NCBI RefSeq assembly: GCF_009914755.1
Contig: NC_060927.1
Length of the DNA: 64,000 nucleotides
From: the human T2T-CHM13v2.0 reference genome, Homo sapiens
Strand: one strand, 5' to 3'
This document shows, piece after piece, positions 22,873 through 36,432 of this stretch; the first letter of the stretch is position 1, and each line of letters begins with the position of its first letter. Made by a program: the position numbers and the translations under genes. The notes under the pieces are model-generated. The model saw only the letters and a program-made list of their open reading frames with translations, searched no databases and was not told the origin of the DNA.

Positions 22873-23344
22873 AAAGGTGGATTAGATAGATCTGTTCATC
22901 TGAAAATATTATTCAACATAAGGTTGGCATGTGTCAGATGGCAACAATAGTCAAAATATTTTCTTTTTAAAAAATAGGTTCTAAATAATCCTCTAAATTT
23001 GTATGACTTTAATGGAACGTTTTTGTGCAGTATTGGCTTTTTATGAGCATCTGAATTTAACGCGGGAAAATTTTACATTGTTGTATAAGACATGCTTATA
23101 AATTCACATGAAAACTTAATACTACAACTTAATAAGTGGTGGGTTTTTATATACCCAATTGAGGAAATGCAGTGTATTGTAACCTATACAGCCCTATCAC
23201 AATAAAATTGGGAGCCAAATGGCCTTTGTTACAATGTTGATTGCCTGAATTTATTTCTGAGATAAAATAGTTTCCATTTGACTTGATTTGTGAAAAGATG
23301 TATTTCTAAATTTGTAAAATCTTAATCACAGTGGATAATTTCTT

Positions 23345-23644
<300 letters not shown>

Positions 23645-23735
23645 TGGATAATTTCTTAAGCAGTCTCTTTGACTTAGGAGCAACTCTAATGAATATGAAG
23701 GCTGTCAAATAATTTATTTAATAAGTGCTAAAATG

Positions 23736-23949
23736 GGCCGGGCACAGTGGCTCACAACTGTAATCCCAGCACTTTGGGAGGCTGAGGCAGGCAGATCACC
23801 TGAGGCCAGGAGTTTGAGACAAGCCTGACCAACATGGAGAAACCCCGTCTCTACTGAAAATACAAAAATTAGCCAGGCGTGGTGGTGGGCGCCTGTACTC
23901 CCAGATACTCGGGAGAGAGACAGGTCAATCACTCTGTCTCAAAAAAAAA
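23736..23949 (+). mobile_element. AluSp/Sq-like, with internal deletion of the right arm
   Basis: CTGACCAACATGGAGAAACC; right arm jumps from CTCGGGAG to ACTCTGTCTC-A9; TSD AAGTGC(T)AAAATG. Confidence 0.9.
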
Positions 23950-26900
23950 GTGCAAAATGATTTGATACCTAAATTATTGTTAAAAGGCAGAAGGTGAGGG
24001 CAAAAAGAATGTCTCCCTTAAAAGAAAGGCTAATATTAATCTCAAGAATTATTTTGTTTTTAAAGTACATAGATATAAATTTGGACTTCTAGAGACATGA
24101 AAGTTTTTGATATTGTGGTTTTGCAGATAAAATATATTCTTAAAGTCAAAATAGAATCAATTTAATGAATGAGAGAAGAAAAAAGTATTCTGAAATAAAG
24201 AATATGTATGATTGCATTATTTATCAGGAATTGTATTCTAAAAGATATATATTTTCTCTGACCATTTTATGTTATGCCATTTTAAATTACATTTAAGATT
24301 GTGCTAATGTAAAACATAGACATGAGAAATAGAAATAAAAAGAAAATAAAGTATTACAGAGATGTGGTTTTTCACTTTAAAAAATAGCACAATTGCTTTT
24401 ACTTTTGGAATACATTTCTAAAGGAATCATAAGCTTTGCACACAAATCATTTAAACCAAACACTAAAGATTTACTTTATGAAACAATACACACTAATTTG
24501 CAATGAATAGAAAATAAAATAACTGGAATTTTCTTCCACATGCATTTTTATTTTAATAGCAACAGATAGAAATATATACATATATTTCTATAATGTTCTG
24601 GAAATGTATATTAGATCACACTTTGAAACATATTTTGTTTGTGGGTTAAACTATCGGCCAATTAACTCATGTAGCATAGTATAAGAATTGAGTATAGATA
24701 CCCAAAATTTAGGTGTGAGTTTGTCAAATAATAGAAATGAAATAAAAATACAACAAAGTAGCCAATAATACATAGTATATCCACATATATAGGTATATAT
24801 GCTTGTGTGTGTATTCTGGCACTACAAATAGATAAATACAAAGAAAGAAGTAAATAAAGTCTTATGATTGAATGATAATGATTTTAATCAAATAAACTAA
24901 GCTTTCTGGATCAAACTTATGTAACATTTTTTTTCTAATGATCTGATGTATAATTCTTTTAATCATGAGATGTGTTCTTTGTGCCTCAATTATTTGACAT
25001 TCTTATGAAGTTGACAATATTAGTGATAATTTTATTCTTAATATTTCATATATCCATCTATACACACACGTATATGGGTATGTGTGTGTAGTCTATTTAT
25101 AAATTTAAGAATTTTGAGAAAACACTAGAAATGTCATAGCAAGTATTATTCTTGAAATAGAAATTAATTAAAATAGTTCTCTTAGCAAACTGTGAGTTTA
25201 AATAATGTCTAAACATAAAAACAATTACTTATTCACAAGCATGTGGAATTTTGTTTTAGATAAATAACATAATGGTTTATAAACACATTCACAAATAATC
25301 TCTTTCTTTAAAAAGGGCAACAGAGGGTAGGTAGAGATTGTTAAATATGCAGTTTTTTGACGCAAAATTTTCTACTAAAGTGTTGGAAAGCATATATTGG
25401 TTTTTAACTCAATAGTTTCAATTTGAGAATAAAGCTTTGATTCTTTATCTTTTTTTTAGTGTAATTAGAACAAAATTACATTGCATTTTCATTGAATTGC
25501 CTAATATCTCCTAAAGTAATATCATGCCGATGTATGCTATAATAAGTGAATAATATAAATTGTAATAAACTTACAAAAACCACTAATCTTCTAATCGTGT
25601 ACAAAGCATACAATTTTCAAAGATATGTTGCATCAGCTGTAAATATAATGGTCAATGAACTCAAAGGTGTATACTCAGAAGTACTGTATTAAAACTGTTC
25701 TTACATAATGATATTTAAGTATTAATGATATGGCTTATATAATCCATTAAAAATTCTCTTACAAATATATTATGGCAGAGTGAGTTATCTGTATTATATA
25801 AGCATTGTTATGGGAAAAATTAAAAATACTCTATTTATCCTGGTAGTATTTTTAAAACAAAAGGTATTAGTGGTGTGACATGTGATGAACAATTTAATCT
25901 TCAATAATTTTTAAGCTTTAAATCCTAGAAAATATGATGTGCCTACAGCTGTTCTTTGAAAATAAACATTATTTTAAAGGTTTAAAACAGAAATACCTGG
26001 ACTGTTGTATGTATTAGCTTTGAAGAAAGGCAATGGAAAATAAGAAAAGGAGAAAGAAACAAAACAGGGCAAAGGGAAAAGACAGATTAAAGCAATAATT
26101 ATATAGACTTTGCTTGAATGTACAATTAATAAGTCAAAATTCTTATATCAATGTGTTAAATTATGTATGGATTTTATGCTATTTAAAGAAAATCAGTATC
26201 TTTGAAAAACGTAAACATGATGTTCTGAGCTCTCAGAATAAAATAGCAGCACTAAAAATATTAGATGTAAGATTTTAAAATTAAATATAGAGATCATCTT
26301 AAATTGACATTTGACTTATTTATTTAAAAAATTATAAATGTATGGTTTTGTTTCTTAAATAATATATTCATAGTGTTAATTCACCCAGAAAACAATATCA
26401 AATCTATAAATTGTTTCTAGTTAATTCAGTAATTTTTTGGTCAGAAATTTTCATGTATTCGTTATCAAATATCAAATATGTAAATTATATTATAGCTGTG
26501 CATTTTACCATGTAAAAGTCTAAGTGTGACCTAAAAGGATATGTAAAATTAAGTGTGACATATAGATTGCATTTAAAGGGGGGATGAGAATGTAATGCAG
26601 TAGATGTTTCATTAAGGAGAAAAAATAAAAGAATTCTTTTGAAGACTTTTGTGGCTCCAAGAAGCCAAATAAATCACCATTGTATCTTTACAGAACTGAA
26701 TTATTTCCATATCATAGAATCTAAAATGGTGGCTATAGTAATGAGTATACCCAAACAACATTAATACTTCAATTACTAATAGTAGTGTATACTGCAAACA
26801 TGTCCTAATGTGTTTTCAGAAGCATTGGGGAAAGGAAATTAGACATGTAGGCTCACACAGAGCAGGATATATAAATTACTCAGAGATTGTGTTTCACCTC

Positions 26901-27307
26901 TGTTTGAGTCTATAAATCTATATGAAAAATTTGAAGACTGGATTTTGATATGGCATTATTGGAATTAATAACACTGAAAAATGTATAGCATACATGCACT
27001 CCTTGGCAAAAACAAAAGAAAAAAAAAAGATTTTCTCTATCCAAAAGGATGTGATATTTCTTTTCTATTTCTCTTCGTATGTTGGAGTTCTTATTTTATT
27101 AATACCATTTTAAATAATATAAAATGAGTTTGTTAATATCAAAATGCCTTTAGAAAATTTAAGTAAAACTATATTTTAAAAAGACCTATTAATTTAGATA
27201 TCATACTACATAATAATTGTATTTTTTAAACTTGTGGTAGATATTATTTCCCATGATTTATAAATTAGAGCTTTAAAAAGTGACATCTTATTCATTATTG
27301 AATACAT

Positions 27308-29450
27308 CCTGAGGCTCTCACCAGAAGCAGATGCCAGCACTATTTACTTAATTTGTGTACAGCCTGCAGAACTGTGAGCCCAATAAACCTCATTTCTGTA
27401 TAAATTACCCAGCCTTGGGTATTCCTTTTTAGCAATGCAAATAGGCTAACACAGAAAATTGGTACTGAGGAGAGGGACATTGCTGTAAAGATAACTGAAA
27501 ATGTAAAAGTGGCTTTGGAACTGGGTAAGAGGTTGAGATTGGAAGAGTCTGGAGGACTCAGAAGAAGACATGAACATAAGGGAAACTTGGTGACTTCTTA
27601 GAAACTTGTTAAGTCGTTTTGACCAAAATACCTATAGAAATATGGACAGCAAACTCCAAGCTGAAGAGTTCTCAAATGGAAATGAGAAAGTTGTTGAGAA
27701 ATTGGAGTAAGGGTCATCCATGTTATGGCCTAGCCAAGAATGTGGCTGTCATATTGTGTCTATGCCCCGGGAATCTGTGGAAGTTTGAACTTCAGAGTAG
27801 TGATGACTTAAGGTATCTGGCAAAAGGAATTTCTAAGCCACAGTGTTCAAACGTTGGTATGAGTGCTTCTAACAAACTGTGATCAGATACAGGAGCAAAT
27901 GAATGACTTAAAGTTAAACTCATATTTAAAAGGAAAGCAGAGCATAAAAGTTTAGACAGTTTGCAGCATGACTATGTGGTGAAGAAGGAAAAAACATTTA
28001 CAGCGGCAGAATACAGGTGGTCTGTGAGCAACCACTTGCTAGGGAGATTTGCCTGACTAAAATGGAGCCAGGTGCTAATAGACAAGGCAACGGCAAAAAG
28101 GCCTTGTAGGCATTTCAGGGATCTTTGAGGCTGGCCTTCCCATCAGGGGCCTAGGAGGCCAAGGAGAAAATAATGGTTTCAGGGAATAGGCCTGAGGCCC
28201 CACTTTTTTATGCAGCCTTGGGACTCACCTTGTTCCAGCAGCTCCAGTTCCAGCCACAGCTCAAAAGGTCCAAGTACAGCTCCAGTTGCCACTTTGGAGA
28301 ACACAATCTCCCATATGCCCTGGCAGCTTTGACATGGTGTTAAGTCTGCAGATGCATTGAATGCAAGAGTGAAGGAGGCTTGACAACATCTGCCTAGATT
28401 TTAGAAGACGTATGGAAAGGCCTGGGTGCCCAGGACCAAGTTTGCTGCTGGGGCAGAGTCCTCATTTGAAGTCCCTACCAGGGCACTGCCTAGTGGAGCT
28501 GTGGGAAGGAGGCCACTGCCTTCCAGACTGGAGAATAGTAGACCCACCGGCAGTGTACACCTTAAGCCTGGAAAAGCTGCCAGCACTCAGCTTCAGACCC
28601 TGTGAGAGCAACCACAGGGCTGCAACCTGCAGAGCTACAGGGGTAGAGCTGCCCAAGCCCTTGGGAGCTGCCCATTTACATCAGTGTGCCCCTGGATGTG
28701 AGGCACGGAATCAAGGATTATTTTGGAGCTTTAAGATTTAATGTCTGCCCTATGGGGTTTTAGACTTGCATGGGGCCTGCTGTGCCTTTCGCTTGGCTGA
28801 TTTCCCTGTTTTGGAATGGAAATACTTAACCAGTTCCTATACTACCACTGTATCTTCAAAGTAAACACTTTATTTTACTGGCTCATAGGTGGAAGGAACT
28901 TGACTCAAGTTTCTGATTAGACTTTGGACTTTTTATTGAATTGATGCTTTAATGAGTTAAGACTTTTGGGGACTATTAGGAAGAGATGTTTATATTTTGC
29001 AATGAAAAGCACATGAGATTTGGTGGGACAGGGAAATAATATTATGGTTTGGATATTTGTCCCCTCCAGATCTCATATTGAAATGTGACCCTTAATGTTG
29101 GAGATGGGGCCTAGTAGGAGGTGTTGGGTCATGGGGATGGATTCCTCATGAGTGGCTTAGTGCCGTGTCTACAGTAATGACTGTTAATACTTTCACAAAA
29201 GATGTGGTTGTTTAAAAGAGCGTGGCATCTCCCCTCTTCTTCTCACTTGCTCCTTCGCTCACCCTGTGACACACTGGCTCCCCTTCACCTTCCACAATCA
29301 TTGTAAGCTTCCTGGGGCCCTCACCAAAAGTAGATGTATGCACTATGCTTTATGTACAGCCTGCAGAATCATGAGCCAAATAAACCTCTGTTCTTTATAA
29401 ATTACCCAGCCTCAGGTATTACTTTATGGCAGCAAAAAGAGACTAACACC
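27308..29450 (+). mobile_element. MSTB-like MaLR element: partial 5' LTR (27308-27453), internal region (27454-29039), 3' LTR (29040-29450)
   Basis: CTAACACA|GAAAATTGGTAC junction; MaLR-int ORF remnant NWSKGHPCYGLAKN...LWKFEL; complete 3' LTR. Confidence 0.9.
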
Positions 29451-29559
29451 TAAGAGTGCTGGCCTTAAATAGTAAATGTTTTTCTCATCCGCAAACACAA
29501 AGTTTTTACATAAATCATCTTATATTCTCTGCCATTTCCAAAATTTTATGAATTGGTCA

Positions 29560-31785
29560 ATGTAGCTTTGGGGAAACACTCTCGTACATTTCTGGTGAAA
29601 ATACAAATTGGTACAATACTTATGGAGTAGAATTGAACTATCTAACAAAATGGCGTAAACATTTATTTTATCACTAAAAAATTTCTCTTTCTAGGAGTTT
29701 ATGTTGAACATACCCTTCCAGTATATGAAAGTATAGGTGCATAAAATTATGCATTACAACATTGTTTGTAAGTGCATCATAACAGAAACAGTTTAAATGG
29801 CTATACATAGAAGAGTGGTTAATAAAGTGTTATAGTCACAAAATCATTACGCAACTGTAAAATGGATGAAAAGATCTATATGAACTGATGAGTTATTTTT
29901 TAAAAATGGAAAATAATATCTATACATACAGAGAAATAATACTTTGTGAAAAAAATAGTAAAACATAATATGTATGTATTTGCTCCTGCATAAAGTGATG
30001 AGGAAACATAGGAAACATAAACTAGAGACCAATAATTTAATTACTTACATTGGAATGAGTGCATAAAGGGTAGAAAAAATAGAAGTGATAAGGACTGGGA
30101 ATGAAACTTCCGTTAGTAGACTTTTAACAGTATGATTTTCAAATTTATGTTGTTTCAACAGCTGAAAAAAATTTTAAACACATAAATCAAAAGGAATAGT
30201 AAAACATACTCATAAACAGACATAAATTAAAGTGTATTTCAAAAAAATAGGATTAATATACTAAAGGAGGAAGAAAAAACCTTAAGAGTATTAGAACTGT
30301 ATACTCTTAGACTAAACACATGTAGTGTACTTTGGTTAGCTGCTTCATTTTTCTATACTTTCATTGTTCACAATGAGAAAAGCACTTTCCATGTATTCCA
30401 GGATTGAGTAATATATTGTGGAAAATAAAATTCAAATGTGTCATTATCAGAGGAAAGAGTTAAAATATAGAAATAGGGTGTTGAATTACAATTGATACAT
30501 GGATAGATAGATACAGACAGATGGAAAGACATTGACATGGATATAGAACAGATGTTTTTAAATATGTGTGAATGCATGCCTATACATTTTTCCACCTCCT
30601 AGGTCTGTCTTTTGAGATAGCTTAGAAGAAATGACCTCTAGTAGCACTGAGCACAATTAGTGCCCACATTTTTGTTCCTGCATATAATTCTCTACCAAAG
30701 TGATCTAGAGATTCTTCATGAAATAGTTGATTCTAGGGCTTGATGAGATAATTCTAGATAAACTTTTTGTGCCAACAAGTCTGTTAATGCAGTGTCTTTA
30801 AGCACTTTAAAGAATGACGGGGATACATCAAAGGACTTGAAAGTCAATGGAAGAAAGTGTCTAGTGGGTCATTTAGGAAAATTTGAGTTTCAAATAAATA
30901 ATGTAGGTAAGTAATTATAACATGTTGAATAAAATAAGAATCTATGAACCTATATTGATATAAATAAATTAGTAAACACAAAAATAAATAAGTAATAAGG
31001 TTCTTCCTTACAGTGGAAAGATAAATAAAATATGTAGGAGGATTGACAGAATAATAAACCTTGTCATTTGAAAATCATAAAAATAATAATAGCTGACTCA
31101 GGAATCATCAATGAATACCAAAATTAGCATTTGAAAGTTTGAAGAGCAATAGCTTATTAGCAATCATCCTAAAATATATCACCACAAAATAGTTGTGAAT
31201 TAGACTGGGTTAACTAATACTTTTGGAGTAGAGAAGATTGGCATACATCAGCTTTACTGAATGATAAAAAATTCAGATCTACAGTAGTAGGACCAAAAGG
31301 ACTCATAAGTCTCTTCATGAAAACACACTGAAAGAAACACAACATAATTTCTGGACTATTCAATCCATAAATGTAATGCTTGAATCTAATCATGAGGGAT
31401 AATCAGACAAACCAAAATTGAGCAATATATTATGAAGTAACTGGCCAAAAATGTTAATGTCATAACAGACAAAAGAAGAACTGCTTGAGATTAAAGACAA
31501 GAGTCTTGTCAATGGAATAAAATAGCTAATGTGGAACTTCCTTTTGATTTAAGTGAAACTATTAGAACTTACTATAAATAAGGCCTATAGAGAAGATCAA
31601 GGTATTGTGCCAATGTTAGCTTTCTTCTTTTGTGTTTATCTAAGAGAATGTCCTGGTTTGCTAGGATCTACACACTGGTAACATGTCAATGCTTTAGAAA
31701 TCTATCCTGTACCTAGATTAATAGTATTGTTCTTGCAGATTTCGATAAATCTAAAGTTATTTTCAATAAAACCTTAAAAATTGAA
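29560..31785 (+). mobile_element. Old L1 3' region (L1MC/L1ME-like)
   Basis: CTGGTGAAAATACAAATTGGTACAA (ORF2 end) and L1MC 3'UTR motif GTAGCACTGAGCAC...GTTGATTCTAGGGCT. Confidence 0.65.
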
Positions 31786-31997
31786 ATTTCAACTGAAACA
31801 TTTCTAACATTGATAATTCTATCAGAATTCTTTCACATTTAACTAAGTCATCCTCCCATTTTACATATAGAATAAACTTTGAAAGTTGTTTCCTAGTAGA
31901 AAATGCATAATTTTAACAAATTTACATAGCATAGCATTTTCCACACTTGTTGTTACAGTAATAATTGGTGAATAATTAAATAGGTAATTGATATCAC

Positions 31998-32140
31998 AGA
32001 GTTTTAAATCAAAGTTCAGAGATTTGAGTTCAAATCCACATTATATCATTTCCTAGCTCTGTATCAATGAATAAATTATTAAATCTATCTTTATATGGTT
32101 TCTTAATTTTTAAAATGAGCATTTTAATATTACCTAAGAC
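31998..32140 (+). mobile_element. MIR fragment
   Basis: GAGTTCAAATCC B-box and core-like GTTTCTTAATTTTTAAAATGAG. Confidence 0.6.
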
Positions 32141-32249
32141 ATAGAACCCAACAACATCACAAGCATGACACTGTAAATTAAAATGAAACATTCCTCCAGG
32201 TGCACACACACACAGCCTAACAACTCTCACACTAAACAGTAAATACATA

Positions 32250-33335
32250 TGTGCCAGAAAGAATTTTAATATAGTCACAGCATATTCATCCCCTGATGTA
32301 CATGCACTGTATAATCCCCACCCTTGAGTGTGAGAGGACTTATAAATGTGATGAAACGACCCTCCCATGTTTGTGTTACTTTATATGGCAACAGTGACAG
32401 GATCATGAAAAAGTTATTAAGGTCCTAAATCAATTAATGTTGAGTTAATCCAAATAACTGGTTATCCTAAGCAGGTGATATGGTTTGCATGTCTGTTTCT
32501 TCCAAATCTCATGTTAAACCATGATTTCCAGTGTTGAAAGTGGGTCACGGTAGAAGGTGATTGGATCATGGGGAAGGATCCCTCAAGAATGATTATCACC
32601 ATCCCTTTGGTGAAGTGAGTTCTCACTCAGTTAGTCCACATGAGATCGGGTTGTTTGAAAGTCTGGGACCTCCTCCACTCTCTCTCTTACTCCTGTTCTC
32701 ACATGTGTCATGCTGGCTCCCTGTTGCTTTCTACCATTACTGTAAGCCCCCTGAGGCCTCAGCAGAAGCTGAGCAGGTGCCAGCACCAGGCTTCCTGTAA
32801 AGCCTGAAGAGTAGTGAATCAACTAAACTTCTTTTCTTCATAAATTACCCAGCCTCAGGTATTTCTTTATAGCAATGCAAGAACAAACTAACACAGTGGG
32901 CTTGATTTAGTCAGATGAAAGCTTTCATAGAGAAATTGAGAAATTCATGATGAGCGTGATTCTTCTGCCAGCTTTGAAGAAGTAAGGTGCCTCCTTCCAC
33001 AAGAACCTGTGAAATGATCATGACTAGCAACACAGGGCCCTCTAGGAGCTGAGAGGAGTCCCAGCTGAGAGCCAGCAAGAAAATGAGGAACCTCAGCCCT
33101 ATAATTGCAAGGAATTTAATTTTTCCAAAAACCACATGAGCTTGGATGAGAAACCTAAGCTCCAGAAGGAACAAAGCTCGGACAATAGCTGAATTGCATC
33201 ATTGAAAGATCCCTAGAAGAGAACCCAGCTACTCTGTCCAGGCTACTGATCCACATAAACTATGATAATAAACTTACGTTATTTCAGAGTGCAAAGTCGA
33301 TGATGTTTTTGTTACACATCAAAGACAACTAATAT
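32250..33335 (+). mobile_element. MLT1E-like MaLR LTR interrupted by MSTA
   Basis: TATAATCCCCACCCTTGAGTGTG..., AGCCAGCAAGAAAATGAGGAACCTCAGCCCT, ends ACTAATATA. Confidence 0.75.
32476..32895 (+). mobile_element. MSTA-like solo LTR
   Basis: TGATATGGTTTG...CTAACACA; TSD GCAGG/GTGGG, both derivable from GCGGG by CpG decay. Confidence 0.88.
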
Positions 33336-33769
33336 ATACAGATTATAATTATATCAACTCCACACCAAGATACTAAAAGTTTTGACTGACCTTATAAATA
33401 TTCTTCTGTATACTGAAACTACATCTAGTTTTTAGTTTAAATGTTTTATACAGTATAAAAACTACTCATCATATATTTTAAGATTTTGATTTTTCAGTTT
33501 TTTATTCTATGATTAATGAGCTTTTTTGATGCCAATTAAATATGAAATCTACCACAGAGCAATGCTTCAGCTGTCAACAATTTATTACTGAAAATGGTTT
33601 TAAAAAAGGAATTTTTTTTCCTGAAACCATATCACATACATGGCATTATTTAAATAGTTAAGAACAGTTTTTTATTTACTTCGTATCATGTGCCACAATT
33701 TAATTGTGGATATTTATGTATATAAGCAGTATAATTCGAGCCACGTTGAAATGTGTTGTTTAAAAAGAT

Positions 33770-34487
33770 CTTTATATTAGATATTAATTGTTAGAATAGT
33801 TTTGTACCTCAAAAAATTGGAGAAGATAGTACAGATTTTCCCATTTTACCTGTAATTAAAAGTTTACATTAGTATGATGCATTTGCTACAGTTAATGAGC
33901 CCATACGTTGTTATTAATTTAAGGCCATAGTTTATTTAGATTTCTTTAGTTTTAACCTAATGTCCCTTTCCTGTTGCAAGAGACTGTCCAGAGTATCACA
34001 TTACATTTAATTTTCATATCTGTTTAGGCTTCTCTTGGCATTGGCTCATAATTTTTTTATTTTTAATTTTTAAATATTTTAACTTTTAACTTCAGGGGTA
34101 CAAGTGCAGGTTGGTTACATAGGTAAGCTTGTGTCATGGGGGTTTGTTGTACAGATTATTTCATCATTCAGGCATCAAGCCTAGTACCCACTAGCTGTTC
34201 TCCCTGATCCTCTCCCTCTTCCACCCTCCACCCTCTGAAAGACCCCAGTGTGTGTTGTTCCCTTCTATATGTCCATGTGTTATCATCATTTAACTCTCAC
34301 TTATAAGTGAGAACAATTTCCTTGCTTTTTATGACCTTGAATGTTTTGAGCAGTAATCAGGTATTTTGTAGAATGATTGGGGTTATGGGTTACTACAAAG
34401 AAGACTACAGAGGCAGAATGTCACTGTCATTACAACTTATCAAATGTACATATTTATCATCATAATTTATGACTGGTCATGTTGCTA
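33770..34487 (-). mobile_element. L1MC3-like 3' end (direct segment)
   Basis: CATAGTTTATTTAGATTTCTTTAGTTTTAACCTAATGTCC...ATGACCTTGA...GGTATTTTGTAGAATG. Confidence 0.8.
34052..34314 (-). mobile_element. L1PA13-15-like 3' end nested in L1MC3
   Basis: CAGGGGTACAAGTGCAGG...CACTTATAAGTGAGAAC, flanked by AATTT on both sides. Confidence 0.88.
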
Positions 34488-34489
34488 TG

Positions 34490-34732
34490 CATGTATAATG
34501 GAATGGAACAATTAAGTAAATGGATGGCAGATGGTGGGAGCCAGGATGTTCACTGTTGGAGTGGGAGTTTACAGATAAGCAAAGACAGAAAGCTCGAATG
34601 ATTGATGTGGTAATGAATTGGACACATCAGCATAAATTCAAGTTGAGCTTAATATAGACACAGATGGTTACATATAGAAATATTTATATATGTGTGCATA
34701 TATATATGAGTTGGATTAAATACATATAATTT
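34490..34732 (+). mobile_element. L1MC3-like 3'UTR, inverted segment part 1
   Basis: GGAATGGAACAATTAAGTAAATGGATGGCAGATGGTGGGAGCCAGG...GATGGTTACATATAGAAATATTTATA. Confidence 0.8.
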
Positions 34733-36182
34733 TTTGAATTTTTAATTAATATGTAACAGTTGTACATTTTATGGGGTACATATAATACATATGATATTTT
34801 GTTATGTGCATAGAATGTGTAATTATCAGGACATTTTGGGGTATCTATGACCTCAAGTATTTATTATGTGTTGGGAAATTTTCAACTTGTTTGTTCTAGC
34901 TATTTGGAAATATATAATACATTTTCATTAGCTATAGTCATCCTACTCTGCTATTTAAAATTAGAACTTACTCCTTCTATCTCACTGTATATCTCTACCC
35001 ATTAATCAATCTCTTCTAATTCTCCTCACCCTAGCCCCCCAACACCATTCCCAGCCCTTGGTAACTATAGTTTACACTCTACGTTCAGGAGTTGGTTTTA
35101 ACTCCCATCTATGAAAGAGAATATGCAATATTTTTCTTTTGGTGCCTGGATTATTTCGCTTAACATAATGACCTTACAGTTTCATCTATGTAGCTGTAAA
35201 TGACAGGACCTCCTTATTTTTATGGTTGAGTAATATTCCATCGTAGGTATAGCACATTTGCTTTATCTATTTATTCATTAATAGACCCTTGGGTTGATTC
35301 TACATCTTTGCTATTGTGAATAGTGCTGCAATAAACATGGGACACAGGTATTTCTTTGATACCCTGATTTTCTTTCCTTTGGATAAATACTGAGTAGTGG
35401 AATTGCTGGATTGTATGGTAGCTCTATTTTTAATTTTTTGAGAAATATCCACATTGTTTTCCATAATGGCTGTACAATAATTTACATTCCTACCAACAGT
35501 GTATTAGAGTTTTCTTTTCTCCACATTCTCACTAACTGTTATTTTTTGTCTTTTTAATAATAATCATTCTAACTGGGGAAAGATAGTATTTTACTGTTGT
35601 TTTGATATGTATTTCTCTGATGGTTAGTCATGTTGAGCATTTTTTCATGAGTAGTTGGCATTTTGTATAACTTCTTTTGAGAGGTGTCTGTTTAGATTCT
35701 GAAACCACATTTTAATGGGATTCTTTATAATTTTTTCTATTTATTAAATTGAGTTCCTTGTATATTCTGGATGTTAGTCCACTGTTGGATGAATAGTTTG
35801 CAAACATTTTATCCTATTCAACAGAATGTATCTTCACCTTATTGATTATTTCCTTTGCTGTGCAGAAGCTTTTAAGTTCAATATAGTCTCATTTGTCTAT
35901 TTTTGTTCCTGTTGCCTGTGGTTTTGCAGTCTCAGGTATAAAATCTTTGCTTAGACCAGTGTTCTATAGTGTTTCCCCTATGTTTTCTTGTAGTTGTTTT
36001 ATAGTTTAGAGTCTTAGATTTAGGTCTTTAATCTACTTTGAGTTGATTTTTGTATATAGTGAAAAATAGTTTAGTTTCTTTCACCTTCATAGAGATATCC
36101 CATTTTCCCAGCACCATTTTTAAATAGGGTATCCTTTCCCCAATGTATGCTTTGGTGTTTGAGTCAAAAATCAGTTGGCTAT

Positions 36183-36432
36183 TGATATGGTTTGGATGTG
36201 ATAGTGAATAAGTCTCATGAGATCTGATGGTTTTATAAAGAACAGTTCCTCTGCACACTCTCTCTTACCTGGCACCATGTAAGACATGCCTTTGCTCCTC
36301 CTTTGCCTTCTGCCATGATTGTCAGGCCTCCTCAGTCATTTGGAACTGTGAGTCCATTAAACCTCTTTTTTCTTTGTAAATTAGACGGTCTCAGGTATGT
36401 CTTTATTAGCAGTGTGAGAACAGACTGATACA
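36183..36432 (+). mobile_element. THE1C-like solo LTR with internal deletion
   Basis: TGATATGGTTTGG...GACTGATACA, only 250 bp; perfect TSD GCTAT. Confidence 0.9.

Noticed and set aside
24000-27300. Long repeat-poor AT-rich tract as a gene or matrix-attachment region
   Set aside because: No ORF, exon or distinctive structure visible; it may be repeat DNA too decayed to recognise.
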